From Candidatus Hodarchaeota archaeon (GTDB lineage Archaea; Asgardarchaeota; Lokiarchaeia; Sigyniarchaeales; SOKP01), in the NCBI GenBank assembly GCA_048886685.1, contig JBHLKM010000025.1:1-40393 (forward strand): DNA of 40,393 nucleotides, given 5' to 3'. The position numbers and the translations under genes were made by a program. Each line of letters opens with the position of its first letter. Position 1 is the stretch's first letter. The notes beneath the pieces are model-generated. The model was not told where the DNA came from. It searched no databases and was given only the letters and a program-made list of their open reading frames with translations. Below are positions 17,194-27,265 of the stretch, piece after piece.

Positions 17194-18043
17194 AGATCGG
17201 AGCCATTCCTAACTGGCTGGCTTTTATTTGCATTTCTTCTTCAGATGGACCAATTGTAAAACGATTAGCGGCATCTAATATTTTAGGTAAGAGATGAATA
17301 TCAGAGCTCGTATTAAGGAAAATCGCTTCTCTATTCAAAACCCAATGAACTACACGATCAATATTGGTTTGATCCTCAAAAGGTTCATACCATGTAGATC
17401 GGATTCTTTCTTTATCACCCCAAGGACGTCGTGCAAGAGATTTTATTGTCTGAACCGCTATACCACGATCCTTACACAATTTCAACAGGTTCTCAAAATC
17501 AGCAGCATATTTAGAATTTTGAATCATCACGTAATTATATGGTAATAAAACTGAATCAAATTCAAAACGCCCAAGGCTACGCAAATGCATTTCAGCAACA
17601 CCGTAGCCGTGACCTGTCACCCCTATATATTTTACCATTCCTTGTTCACGTGCTTCAACAAGGGCTTTTAAGGCTCCATTCTCGCCCATCACTTTCTCCC
17701 AACTTTTTGGATCTGTTAAATTATGTAGTTGTATTAAATCTATTGTAGAAACTCGCAGACGTTCAAGTGATTGTTCTATCTGTTTAATCGCATCCTTATA
17801 ACGGCGTCTAAATACTTTTGTGGCAAGGAAGAAGTTATTACGATACTTCTCCATCCAAGGTCCAATGCGTAATTCTGACTCTCCGTAGCCAGCAGCTGTG
17901 TCAATATGGTTGATTCCGTATTTTAGGAGCACTTCGAGTGTCTCATCCGCTTCATCTTGAGTTACATTACTCAGAGCTGCAGCACCAAAAATAGTTCGTG
18001 TACTTAAATGCCCAGTATTACCAAATTTTTGTTTAGTGATCAT
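17168..18043 (-). CDS. Aldo/keto reductase
   Basis: [30 protein letters not shown]. Confidence 0.92.
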   Translation of the reverse strand: MITKQKFGNTGHLSTRTIFGAAALSNVTQDEADETLEVLLKYGINHIDTAAGYGESELRIGPWMEKYRNNFFLATKVFRRRYKDAIKQIEQSLERLRVSTIDLIQLHNLTDPKSWEKVMGENGALKALVEAREQGMVKYIGVTGHGYGVAEMHLRSLGRFEFDSVLLPYNYVMIQNSKYAADFENLLKLCKDRGIAVQTIKSLARRPWGDKERIRSTWYEPFEDQTNIDRVVHWVLNREAIFLNTSSDIHLLPKILDAANRFTIGPSEEEMQIKASQLGMAPIFDGRSLIL

Positions 18044-18363
18044 TTTTCTATCTACACAAGTTTTTCTTTCATTTTGTAAGATAAATATTATATCTCTTTT
18101 TATTTTGCATTCTAGAAATTATGACTATGATTTTATGCGTTGATTCTATACCGAATGAAATATTACCTATTTAAAAAACTCTAATAAAAAACCAAATTTT
18201 CGACATTTATGGAATTAAATGAATTTTGAACAGAACCTTAAATCAGTTTTATAGACAATAATTATATTGAACTTCACAAAAAAATATATTGGCGAAAAGT
18301 TTTTAAATATTTAAAGAGAAATATTTTGCTGAGATTAAAAAAAAATAAATCAAGTAGTCCTTT

Positions 18364-19878
18364 ATGAGCGAAGAAGAAGAGTTTAATACCGTAATTCAAG
18401 AAATTAAAGAGATTTATCTGTTATTGACCCAAGGAGAACCGAGTCCAGACGATGAAATTGAAGCTCGAACAACCCTAATTGAAAAAATAGCACATTTAAA
18501 AGAATTAAACGCCTTTCAAGTTGAAGCAAACATGCGTTTGTTTGAAGAGACTCTTACTAAATTAGAAACTTGGGATACACTTGATTTATGGTTTACAGAG
18601 TCGGAATTACCCGGAGATATTAAGAAAATTATTAATATCACTGAAGAAATACCAATAATTGAAGAAAAAGAGGAAAGAAAAGAGGAATTTAGGAAACAAG
18701 CACAATCAGATTTGGATTCAGTGAAAATTGATATTAATGAAATTGTAGATCAAGTATCTGATAAATTTAAGGGTGAAATTGATAACCTTAAACAAAAAAT
18801 TGACTTTTTACAGCATGAAATAGAAGTTAAAGATGAAGCTCTTAAACAGACTACACCAAAAAGAATCGTTAAAAAAATAACACCTAAAAAAGATGTAAAA
18901 CTACCTCCACCAAAAATAAAAATCCCTCCCATTAAAAAGCCAGATGTGATACCTCAAGTTAAAGCACCAAATAAAATCGAGGTTGAGAAACGAAAAGAAA
19001 CAGTAGGAGTAAAGTCAATCGAAGATGTTCAAGCAAAAATAGAGAAAGAAATAGAAAAAATAAGACCTACTCCCCCCTTTGAGGAAAAACCGAAAATATA
19101 TGAAGAAATGCACGAGGAGGCAAAATCGGTTTTAAATATTCTTGAAGAATTAGAACCTTCTCCAGATATTACCCCATTAGAAATTAGTATAGATTCAACT
19201 AAAGAATTTGCGTCAATTTTAGATATACTTGATGAACAAGAAACTGTTCCTAAAGTAATAGAAGAAAAAGGTATCGAACATAAAACTGAAGAATCAAAAA
19301 AAATTCCAATAGTTACCGAAGCTTCTCTTGTTGAGGAAGAATCAGAAAAACAAAAAGTAGTAACACCCTTTATTCCTAAAAAGCCAAAAATTACAACTGT
19401 GAGTGTAGAAGAAATCGAGACTGAAGAAATTAAGTCAAGCGGGAAGGAATTATTTGATGTTTTTTCTTCAGTTGGAAATAAAACAGTTGAGACGATTTCA
19501 ACGACAGTAGAATTAACTAGTTTAGAACCTATTAAGGAAAAAAAGAAAAAAGAAGCGAAAAAGAAAAAAAAAGAATCTGACGCTATTGATTTCGTGGATT
19601 TTAGTGTTGATGAGCCAGAAATAGACTCAAAAGAAGAAATTACTTCAAATAGTTTCGAAGAATTACCTAAAGATAAAGATCTTCTTTATCAAGAATTAAT
19701 AGCACTTGAAGGAAGAAGATACTCACTGGAAAAAAATTTTAAAGAGATTGAAAAGAGTTATAATATGGGGTCTATTGATGATTTTGAGTATAAAAATCGT
19801 AATGATGATCTGAGTAGTAAATTAGAAGAAATAACTTCTCGAATTAACAGAATAAGAAGGATAATAGCAAGTATGTAA
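18364..19878 (+). CDS. Acidic coiled-coil / low-complexity hypothetical protein
   Basis: 504 aa, E/K-rich, Pro-rich linker, helical termini. Confidence 0.75.
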   Translation: MSEEEEFNTVIQEIKEIYLLLTQGEPSPDDEIEARTTLIEKIAHLKELNAFQVEANMRLFEETLTKLETWDTLDLWFTESELPGDIKKIINITEEIPIIEEKEERKEEFRKQAQSDLDSVKIDINEIVDQVSDKFKGEIDNLKQKIDFLQHEIEVKDEALKQTTPKRIVKKITPKKDVKLPPPKIKIPPIKKPDVIPQVKAPNKIEVEKRKETVGVKSIEDVQAKIEKEIEKIRPTPPFEEKPKIYEEMHEEAKSVLNILEELEPSPDITPLEISIDSTKEFASILDILDEQETVPKVIEEKGIEHKTEESKKIPIVTEASLVEEESEKQKVVTPFIPKKPKITTVSVEEIETEEIKSSGKELFDVFSSVGNKTVETISTTVELTSLEPIKEKKKKEAKKKKKESDAIDFVDFSVDEPEIDSKEEITSNSFEELPKDKDLLYQELIALEGRRYSLEKNFKEIEKSYNMGSIDDFEYKNRNDDLSSKLEEITSRINRIRRIIASM

Positions 19879-19901
19879 AAAACATTTAATCTTCTTCAGG
19901 T

Positions 19902-20672
19902 TTATCCTATTTTATAAATTGGAGGCATTGTTAGTTTATGCTGTGATGCTTTCATCATTTTCTTAACTTTTTCCAAATCATTGCTATTGAAATCATTTAA
20001 ATCTAAGTTATAATCTATCCTATATAGGATTTCATCTAATAAATCATATTTCATACCTATTTCACCCTCATCTGTTTGCCCTTCCCATAATCCTGCAGAG
20101 GGTGGTTTATTAATGATATTTTCGGGTATATTCAGTTTTTTTGCAATTTCTCTTACTTCACATTTATAAAGACCTCCCAAAGGTTCGATATCAACCCCAC
20201 CATCTCCATATTTTGTAAAGTACCCAATTGCTAATTCAGTTCTATTTCCTGTTCCTCCAATCAAATAAGTTCCCTTAGATTGTGCTACAAAATACCATGT
20301 AACCATCCTTAACCTAGCTTTTAAATTTGCTGTTGCGATTTTATTTAATTCAATATTATTTTCAGTAATTTTTATGATTTCTTCATAAACTGATGAAAGA
20401 TCAAAGATTAAAAATTCTATCCCTAAATGGGTCGCTAACAATTTTGCATCACTCAAATCTTTAGGATTTGATAAACAAGGTAAACCTAATCCTATTACGG
20501 CATCTTTTCCTACTGCATTAGCGCATAAAGTTGAGGTTACAGCACTGTCAATACCTCCACTTATCCCAACAACAATTCCATCAGCATTAGCAGACTTACA
20601 ATAATCTCTTATCCAATTTTGAATTTCAGAAATTATTTGTTCATATTCTAGTTTCCGCATACTATTTTTCAA
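19902..20672 (-). CDS. nadE: NH3-dependent NAD+ synthetase
   Basis: SGGIDS, NLKARLRM, GYFTKYGDG, PPSAGLWEGQTDE. Confidence 0.97.
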   Translation of the reverse strand: MKNSMRKLEYEQIISEIQNWIRDYCKSANADGIVVGISGGIDSAVTSTLCANAVGKDAVIGLGLPCLSNPKDLSDAKLLATHLGIEFLIFDLSSVYEEIIKITENNIELNKIATANLKARLRMVTWYFVAQSKGTYLIGGTGNRTELAIGYFTKYGDGGVDIEPLGGLYKCEVREIAKKLNIPENIINKPPSAGLWEGQTDEGEIGMKYDLLDEILYRIDYNLDLNDFNSNDLEKVKKMMKASQHKLTMPPIYKIG

Positions 20673-20808
20673 TTATTCTTTTATTTAAAATTCTTTTAAT
20701 ATATTTATTCTAAAAGCTAAGATTAAAATAGAAATTTTAAAATTATAAAATTAGAAAAATCTTCTTAATTAATCAAAGTTTAATATAAACTAAGAGGAAT
20801 GATATAGT

Positions 20809-21219
20809 ATGAGTGAAGAATTTAAAGCAATAGTGGATTCATCCTATGATAAAGGAACACCTTTTTGGCTGTATACAAGTGATTACATTTTTGGAATGAT
20901 ACCCACAGATAATGATCGTTGGATTGAAATTTCCTACACTTTTGAAGATCCAGATGAACCTCTTTTCAAAACCGAAAGAAATGCGGATTTATCGTTTCAA
21001 TTTCTCCTTGAGGAAGTTGAAAAAGGAGTATCATTCTATGTTGAGGATTTAAAAGTTCCATTATTGAAAGAGTTCGCAACTACTCTTGAAGGTAAATCAG
21101 GAAATGAACAAATGAATTCTATCATATCTGAATTAATTAGCAATTCAGCTAAATACTCAGCTAATTTACCAATAATAAAAAGTAAAGATCAGCTTAATAT
21201 CTTAAAAGAAAAGGTTTAA
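20809..21219 (+). CDS. Hypothetical protein
   Basis: 136-aa ORF with GAGG RBS. Confidence 0.7.
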   Translation: MSEEFKAIVDSSYDKGTPFWLYTSDYIFGMIPTDNDRWIEISYTFEDPDEPLFKTERNADLSFQFLLEEVEKGVSFYVEDLKVPLLKEFATTLEGKSGNEQMNSIISELISNSAKYSANLPIIKSKDQLNILKEKV

Positions 21220-21244
21220 AATTGAATTTAAAAAATTTAAAAAC

Positions 21245-21736
21245 TTAAATATATAAATTTTTTCTCTGAGTATGCTTTTTAGTAAAAGCCTCATCGACTC
21301 TACGACGAAGCTGGTGTCCGAGATTTTCATCTCTCTCATTAATTATTTTCTTTAGGTAATCTCCTTTTTCTTGTGAAAATTTTTCAATCCCAGATGCTAT
21401 AACACTTTTGTTTTCTTTTATTGGAACGACCATCCCAAAGAATCTAAGCATGTCATTTGGAGACATCTTTTTTCCTATTTTTTCATCAATATCTTTATCA
21501 AGATTCCTAACCACAGTGCCCATTGATAATGCTGAGAATGGGCTCAACTGTTTTGATTTCAACCAATAATAGTTTGGTTTCTTTGAAATAATCGTATCTA
21601 AGTTGCCATCTCTATCTTTTGAACCTAAGACTCTCCAATCCTTGGAATCGCGATCATAATGTTTCTTCATTTCCTTAACGATTGATCTAATTGGAGCAAC
21701 TCCATGATAATCCTTTTCTTCCTCGTTATCAGTCAT
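21245..21736 (-). CDS. Hypothetical protein
   Basis: 163-aa ORF. Confidence 0.7.
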   Translation of the reverse strand: MTDNEEEKDYHGVAPIRSIVKEMKKHYDRDSKDWRVLGSKDRDGNLDTIISKKPNYYWLKSKQLSPFSALSMGTVVRNLDKDIDEKIGKKMSPNDMLRFFGMVVPIKENKSVIASGIEKFSQEKGDYLKKIINERDENLGHQLRRRVDEAFTKKHTQRKNLYI

Positions 21737-21926
21737 AGTCTCTATAATATAAAGTAATATTAACTATAAAAATGTAAAGAAAATACTGAATAAACAACAA
21801 AATATTTTAAATTGAAAAATAAAGGAGTTATATAATAAGATTTCAAAATCTTTGAATGTAAGATTAGATTAAATTTTTCTAATTATAAATTATTGAAATT
21901 ATTTCTTGTAATACTTTGGCTATAAA

Positions 21927-23801
21927 ATGGAACAAAAAATAAGTTATGATAAGTTTATAGATTTGCTTGATAAAAGTATAAAAACGAATGATATCCAACA
22001 ACTACTAAATCTCCTCTCCTCAATTGATAAATATGAAGAAATATTTTTAAAAAATTATCAAAAGCGCAAGAAAGAAGGCGTGTATTACACTAAGAAAAAT
22101 ATTACAGAATTTATAATTAAGGAAGCCCTGCTCCTCTTTCTCAACAAAAACCTTAACCTTAACAACAAAAATTTAATAGAAATTCAAAATTATGAGGATA
22201 TTTTTAAATTAAATTTGAATTTTCGAAAAAAAATTTATGAAACCTTATTAAATACTTCAATTTGTGATCCTGCTTGCGGATCTGGAGCATTTTTAGTAAG
22301 TTCAGCTGTTCTATTATTTGAAATAATCAAAAAGTTAAATCCAAAAGGCACTAATATTGAAATCAAGAAAGACTTATTAAAAAATCTATATGGGTATGAT
22401 ATTAATGAATATGCTGTTGAATTATCGATCCTAAAACTGATTCAGTGGTATTTTGAAGAAGGGAGTACAGATGTTTCAGAAATATTATCTCAATTAAGGA
22501 GTAATATTAAATCAGAAAATAGCCTTATAAAATCAAATTTGAGTAAATATGATATAATTGTTGGAAATCCTCCATATGGAAATATTTTAAAAAACTATGA
22601 GAAAGAACTTCTAAAAGGACAAGAAATCTTTTATCAAGATATTTACTGTACATTTTTACTAAAAGCTTTAGATTGGACAGATAATATTATTGGTTTCTTA
22701 GTACCAAAAAGTTTTCTTCTAAGGCAAGGATATATTAAGTTTAGAAATAAGCTACTATCAGAAGCTAACATCGTAAAAATCTTTGATATCGGGTCAAAAT
22801 TATTTAAAAACGCCACGAATGAAGTTCAGATAATTCTCTATGAAAAGAAGAATCAAAACGATAGTAAAACTCTTAATATTTATGAATTCCCTAAAAATTT
22901 GATAAACTCTTATAAGAATCAAGAAGTAGATTCTTTAAAAATCTGTTATAACATCAAATGTCCTATGAATTTAAAATCCAAAAAGTTATATGTATATACG
23001 AATAGGAAGGATTGCCCTTATTGTAATTCACCCACAATTGAATTAAATCGTATTAGAATTAAACCAGATCCTTTCATTTTTAAACTTATCAGCAAGATTG
23101 AAAGGATAGGTGATCTAAATTACCTTAATCCAATAAAATTCCCCAAACTAATTAGGGGTGAAGAAGATAAAGGTCTAATCATAATTAGGAAGAAATTAAG
23201 ACGTGATACAAGTGGTTCTTGCCTTTTCCTAAGCGCACGGAATGATTTTAACTATTATTATATTAAACGAAATAAATCTGTCAATCTGGAAGAAATAAAT
23301 GCCAATTCTTTAAAAGGTAATAATTTCGAATACTATACTAATCCAAAATTGTTAATTAAGCATAATAATATAATCCCTGAAACTATTTATACCAACAATA
23401 ATGTATGTTTTACATCTTCGATTTATTCTTTACTCCACGATGATATTAAGGAACTACAATACTTGAGTGCTGTTTTAAATTCTAGCTTAATACAATTCTA
23501 CTGTATTTATGCCATCAACAATCAAAAAGATACAACAATTAATTTAAATCAATACATGATAAGACATCTTCCAATCGTAAACCCACCCGACCAATTAAAA
23601 CTAAAACTCACAGAGAATGTTAAGATCATCAATAAGTTATTCAAGGATAATGAGGGTGTTATAACTCAAAATATTCGTCAAGTAATAAAAGAAATTGATG
23701 ATTCAATATTTAACCTTTATTCAATTAAAGAAAACGAAAAAAAGATGATTATTTCTGATGTTAAAAAACGAATTAAGTTTTTCGAGAATGTTTATAAATA
23801 G
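21927..23801 (+). CDS. N6-adenine DNA methyltransferase (Eco57I/TaqI-like, gamma class) with TaqI-C-like TRD
   Basis: GVYYT, DPACGSGAFL, GNPPY, YLSAVLNS...LPI. Confidence 0.9.
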   Translation: MEQKISYDKFIDLLDKSIKTNDIQQLLNLLSSIDKYEEIFLKNYQKRKKEGVYYTKKNITEFIIKEALLLFLNKNLNLNNKNLIEIQNYEDIFKLNLNFRKKIYETLLNTSICDPACGSGAFLVSSAVLLFEIIKKLNPKGTNIEIKKDLLKNLYGYDINEYAVELSILKLIQWYFEEGSTDVSEILSQLRSNIKSENSLIKSNLSKYDIIVGNPPYGNILKNYEKELLKGQEIFYQDIYCTFLLKALDWTDNIIGFLVPKSFLLRQGYIKFRNKLLSEANIVKIFDIGSKLFKNATNEVQIILYEKKNQNDSKTLNIYEFPKNLINSYKNQEVDSLKICYNIKCPMNLKSKKLYVYTNRKDCPYCNSPTIELNRIRIKPDPFIFKLISKIERIGDLNYLNPIKFPKLIRGEEDKGLIIIRKKLRRDTSGSCLFLSARNDFNYYYIKRNKSVNLEEINANSLKGNNFEYYTNPKLLIKHNNIIPETIYTNNNVCFTSSIYSLLHDDIKELQYLSAVLNSSLIQFYCIYAINNQKDTTINLNQYMIRHLPIVNPPDQLKLKLTENVKIINKLFKDNEGVITQNIRQVIKEIDDSIFNLYSIKENEKKMIISDVKKRIKFFENVYK

Positions 23802-23828
23802 ATTTCTTTCTATTTCAAAGTAGTATTT

Positions 23829-24214
23829 CTAAATCTCTCCTTTACCATGCCAAAAAAAAAAAGCAAAATATCCCACTATTACTCCTACTATATCAAGAAC
23901 AATATCATAAATATCAAAATATCGATAAGGCACAAAATATTGGTGGATCTCATTAAGAAACGCATACAAAATTGAAAGAGAGATTAGACAAATAGATTTT
24001 ACTTTAGGATATAATCCAAAGAAAATTAAGAAAGATAGAACCCCAAACTCACAGATATGTAGTAAAGGATTAAGAATTAATGATGTGAATTTAGACGGAG
24101 TTGTTGGTTAAGGATTCCTAAAGAAGAAAAATAAAAAATAACAATGGCAAGTACTATTGCCGGCAAAATTTTTAGGATATCAATATAATTCCAATTTTGT
24201 ACCCTATTAAACAT
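23829..24214 (-). pseudogene. VanZ-like membrane protein, frameshifted
   Basis: MFNRV...AIVIFYFSSL then frameshift and in-frame stop; downstream frame HICEFGVL...YAFLNEIHQYFVPYRYFDIYDIVLDIVG. Confidence 0.75.
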
Positions 24215-24716
24215 TGTCTAAATTCTCCTCAAGCTTAAAATGAAAGGTGCATATATTATCCCCTAGCCCCATTGCTTTTTCTCTTTTAAATATAATTTTT
24301 GGATTGAAATCTTCAAAAGCTGCTTTATAAAAAGGAAAACACATATTTTTGCATATCAAAGGTATTTTATCATAACGACTTTCATTTCTATCCATAGAGG
24401 ACTTATAAGGACATTGCTTAACCTCAATAATTACTTCTGAGTCTGAAATCGCGTTAACTTCATATTTCCACCCCTCTATTGACCATCGAAATGTAAGAAT
24501 TTCAACTAAATCGTTTAAAGTATTTGTCTCAATATTTAAGTATTTTTTAAGTCTTCGAATAATAATTTTAAATAACCTTGTCCAAACTGTAACATCTATT
24601 TTTAGAGCTGTGTCCCAACCTACTTCCTTCTCTATTTCTAACATCCATAATCCATCTAAAGTCACAAAATTTCTTTCATAATAAAACAACTTATCAGCAT
24701 CACGAACCTTTCTCAT
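24207..24716 (-). CDS. DUF6125 / ATC-hydrolase-like (V4R-related) protein
   Basis: DGLW motif, CP...C...F..FNP...C.F pattern. Confidence 0.65.
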   Translation of the reverse strand: MRKVRDADKLFYYERNFVTLDGLWMLEIEKEVGWDTALKIDVTVWTRLFKIIIRRLKKYLNIETNTLNDLVEILTFRWSIEGWKYEVNAISDSEVIIEVKQCPYKSSMDRNESRYDKIPLICKNMCFPFYKAAFEDFNPKIIFKREKAMGLGDNICTFHFKLEENLDNV

Positions 24717-24946
24717 ATTATCATCTTAAATAGTAAATTCTAGCGATAAATACAAAAATGAATTAATATTATAAATAGTAACATTATTTTGATAAAACCA
24801 TCAAGAAACATCAAAATAGAATTCTGTGTTAATTTAACTTATCCTATCCTATTATACATAGATTTCTATATTAAATTTCTATATTCCAATGTTAATCCTT
24901 AAAGTAAACAATATGATAATGTTTATATAGGATATTATAATAACAT

Positions 24947-24967
24947 AAATTAGACATATCTAAATTT
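24947..24967. promoter_or_regulatory. Palindromic operator, DtxR/MntR-like (TTAGACATATCTAA)
   Basis: 14-bp near-perfect palindrome ~65 bp upstream of a ZIP metal transporter. Confidence 0.45.
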
Positions 24968-25029
24968 CTAAAATTTAAAATTATAAGATATCTTATTACT
25001 TTATTTATAACATAATATTTGCTTGAAAA

Positions 25030-25881
25030 ATGGAACCTATATTTTTAGCTTTGCTATTGAGCATGATTGCAGGAATATCAACAACAATAGGAAGCTTTTT
25101 TGCTTTTTTTTTAGGAAAACCCAGTAATGAAGTTATTTCGTTTATTATGGGATTTTCTGCGGGTGTAATGATCTTGCTCTCATTTGTAGAACTATTACAG
25201 GAGGGTATTCAAACAAACGGTATTTTTATAGGAATAATGTTTTTCTTGTTAGGAATGGGAATAATGCTTATAATTGATATGGGAATAACCCACTATTATG
25301 AATATGAAGATGATTCTCGTAGAGATGATAATATTGATTTATCTAGTAAAACTGATCATCAATCGGAAGTTTTTTTTAGGCATGGAACCCGACATCGGCA
25401 TATGCATCATCATCATCAGCTTTCACAACAGACCCAATTGAGAAAAACCTCTGTATTAGTAACTTTAGGTGTTTTTATACACAATTTACCTGAAGGTATG
25501 GCAACTTTTATAGGAACTCTTAAGGAATTTGAACTTGGGCTATTGATAACATTAGCAATAGCTCTACATAATATCCCTGAAGGAGTAGCGGTTGCAGCAA
25601 CAGTGTCATCTTGTAATGATAGCAAAGTAAAACCGTTCTTTTGGTCTTTTGTGTCAGGAATTAGTGAACCATTAGGTGCGCTTTTAGTTGGATTATTTCT
25701 TTTTCCCTTTATTAGTGATGAATTATTAGGTGCGATGTTATCTGTTGTAGGAGGATTTATGATTTATATATCACTAGATGAATTACTACCGATGTCTCGA
25801 TCTTTGGGCAAGGAACATCTTTCAATATTAGGAATCTCGGCAGGAATGTTTGTAATGGCTATAAGTTTAGCTATATTATAG
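25030..25881 (+). CDS. zupT: ZIP-family zinc/divalent metal transporter
   Basis: HNLPEG, HNIPEG, His-rich loop, DELLP. Confidence 0.9.
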   Translation: MEPIFLALLLSMIAGISTTIGSFFAFFLGKPSNEVISFIMGFSAGVMILLSFVELLQEGIQTNGIFIGIMFFLLGMGIMLIIDMGITHYYEYEDDSRRDDNIDLSSKTDHQSEVFFRHGTRHRHMHHHHQLSQQTQLRKTSVLVTLGVFIHNLPEGMATFIGTLKEFELGLLITLAIALHNIPEGVAVAATVSSCNDSKVKPFFWSFVSGISEPLGALLVGLFLFPFISDELLGAMLSVVGGFMIYISLDELLPMSRSLGKEHLSILGISAGMFVMAISLAIL

Positions 25882-26740
25882 TAAGATTAAATAAACGCTT
25901 AGCATTATTGAAGAAAATATTCTCATAAAAGGATTTAGTTAAATTTAGACTTAACAATCCTTTAGTAGAGAGATTATATTCATAAGGTATGTTTGGAAAA
26001 TCTGTTCCAAACAAAATTCGATCTTGATATGAGATTAAATCCTCCGGTTTAGGACGCTGTGTTTTCCTTTCAGGAAAAATATTGTCAGGTATATAAATCA
26101 TTGTGGTATCCAAATAAAGATTCTCATATTTATCTACTAAATTTAAAAATTTCTTATATTCGAAAGCCCCCATATGAGGGACAATTATATTCATATTTGG
26201 ATATTTTTCTATTAATTTAATGAAAATCTTATATCCTACATATTCATTTTTATACGGAGCGGTTCCTATATGAACACAAAGCCATTTTCCTCTGTCAAGA
26301 ATGAGGTCATATATTTCATACATCCTCATGTCATCTACATAAAAATTCTGAACAAGGGGTTGAATTTTAATGCCATTAAAATCATAATCATCGAAGATTT
26401 TTGTTATATATTGCACCCGATCTTTATCTTCTGGCCAAACAGAACCGAAAGGTATGGCATTCTTGTATATCTTACAAAAATCATTTACCCACTCATTGAT
26501 ATAATCTGCCACTCCTTTCTTATGTGCATAATTATATGTAGTAAACGCTTTTACATTGTGCTCATCTAAAAATCTCACTAATTCTTCAATAGACATTTTA
26601 TAATTAATAGGCCACCCTTGAGTATTACCATTTATATCTTTTTTTTCAAAAAAGTTCCAGATTGCGTTAAATATTTGAGGAGGAAAAAAGTGGCAGTGAG
26701 CATCAATGAAATCAAAATCATCGTGTGTATAAAGCATCAA
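25871..26740 (-). CDS. Amidohydrolase family 2 protein
   Basis: IDAHCH, GIKIQP, VHIG, PHMG, LFGTDFP. Confidence 0.88.
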   Translation of the reverse strand: MMLYTHDDFDFIDAHCHFFPPQIFNAIWNFFEKKDINGNTQGWPINYKMSIEELVRFLDEHNVKAFTTYNYAHKKGVADYINEWVNDFCKIYKNAIPFGSVWPEDKDRVQYITKIFDDYDFNGIKIQPLVQNFYVDDMRMYEIYDLILDRGKWLCVHIGTAPYKNEYVGYKIFIKLIEKYPNMNIIVPHMGAFEYKKFLNLVDKYENLYLDTTMIYIPDNIFPERKTQRPKPEDLISYQDRILFGTDFPNIPYEYNLSTKGLLSLNLTKSFYENIFFNNAKRLFNLTII

Positions 26741-26853
26741 TAAAAAGAAATTAAAAACACTTATAAAATTTTGAATTTTAAAATCCTCTTATTTAAATAG
26801 AAATTAGAACACTCGAATTATGTAAAAATAAAGTTTGAAAAAAGTTTGTGGCT

Positions 26854-27015
26854 TTATTCTTTAACTTTTCTCAAAATCGAACTAAGTTCCGTTTTTAGCA
26901 AATCTCTTATTGCTACACGAATTACTTCAGAACGATTGGGATATAAATTCATGTTAACTAATTCTTCTATTCCTGAAAGGTAGGCTTCTGGGATATGGCA
27001 GGTTATTAATTTCAT
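26854..27015 (-). CDS. Ribbon-helix-helix (CopG/CdrS-like) transcription factor, 53 aa, absent from ORF track
   Basis: MKLITCHIPEAYLSGIEELVNMNLYPNRSEVIRVAIRDLL... Confidence 0.85.
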   Translation of the reverse strand: MKLITCHIPEAYLSGIEELVNMNLYPNRSEVIRVAIRDLLKTELSSILRKVKE

Positions 27016-27265
27016 TTTTTTTATTAAACCCCTTTTTCTTTAAAACATATTTCGTTAATGTTTTGAAGCTTACAAAGATATATAGTTGTATATAATACCA
27101 CGATAATACAGAAGAAATATTAATGATTTACTCTGTATTTTTGATTAAAAATTAAATTTAAAAAAACAATTAGTCCCCATTTAAAATTTTTAATGACATT
27201 AAATTAAGTTATTCATTATGTCCTTGCCAGACTTCAAAGTTAAATTGCGTTAGAAACATTAAAAG

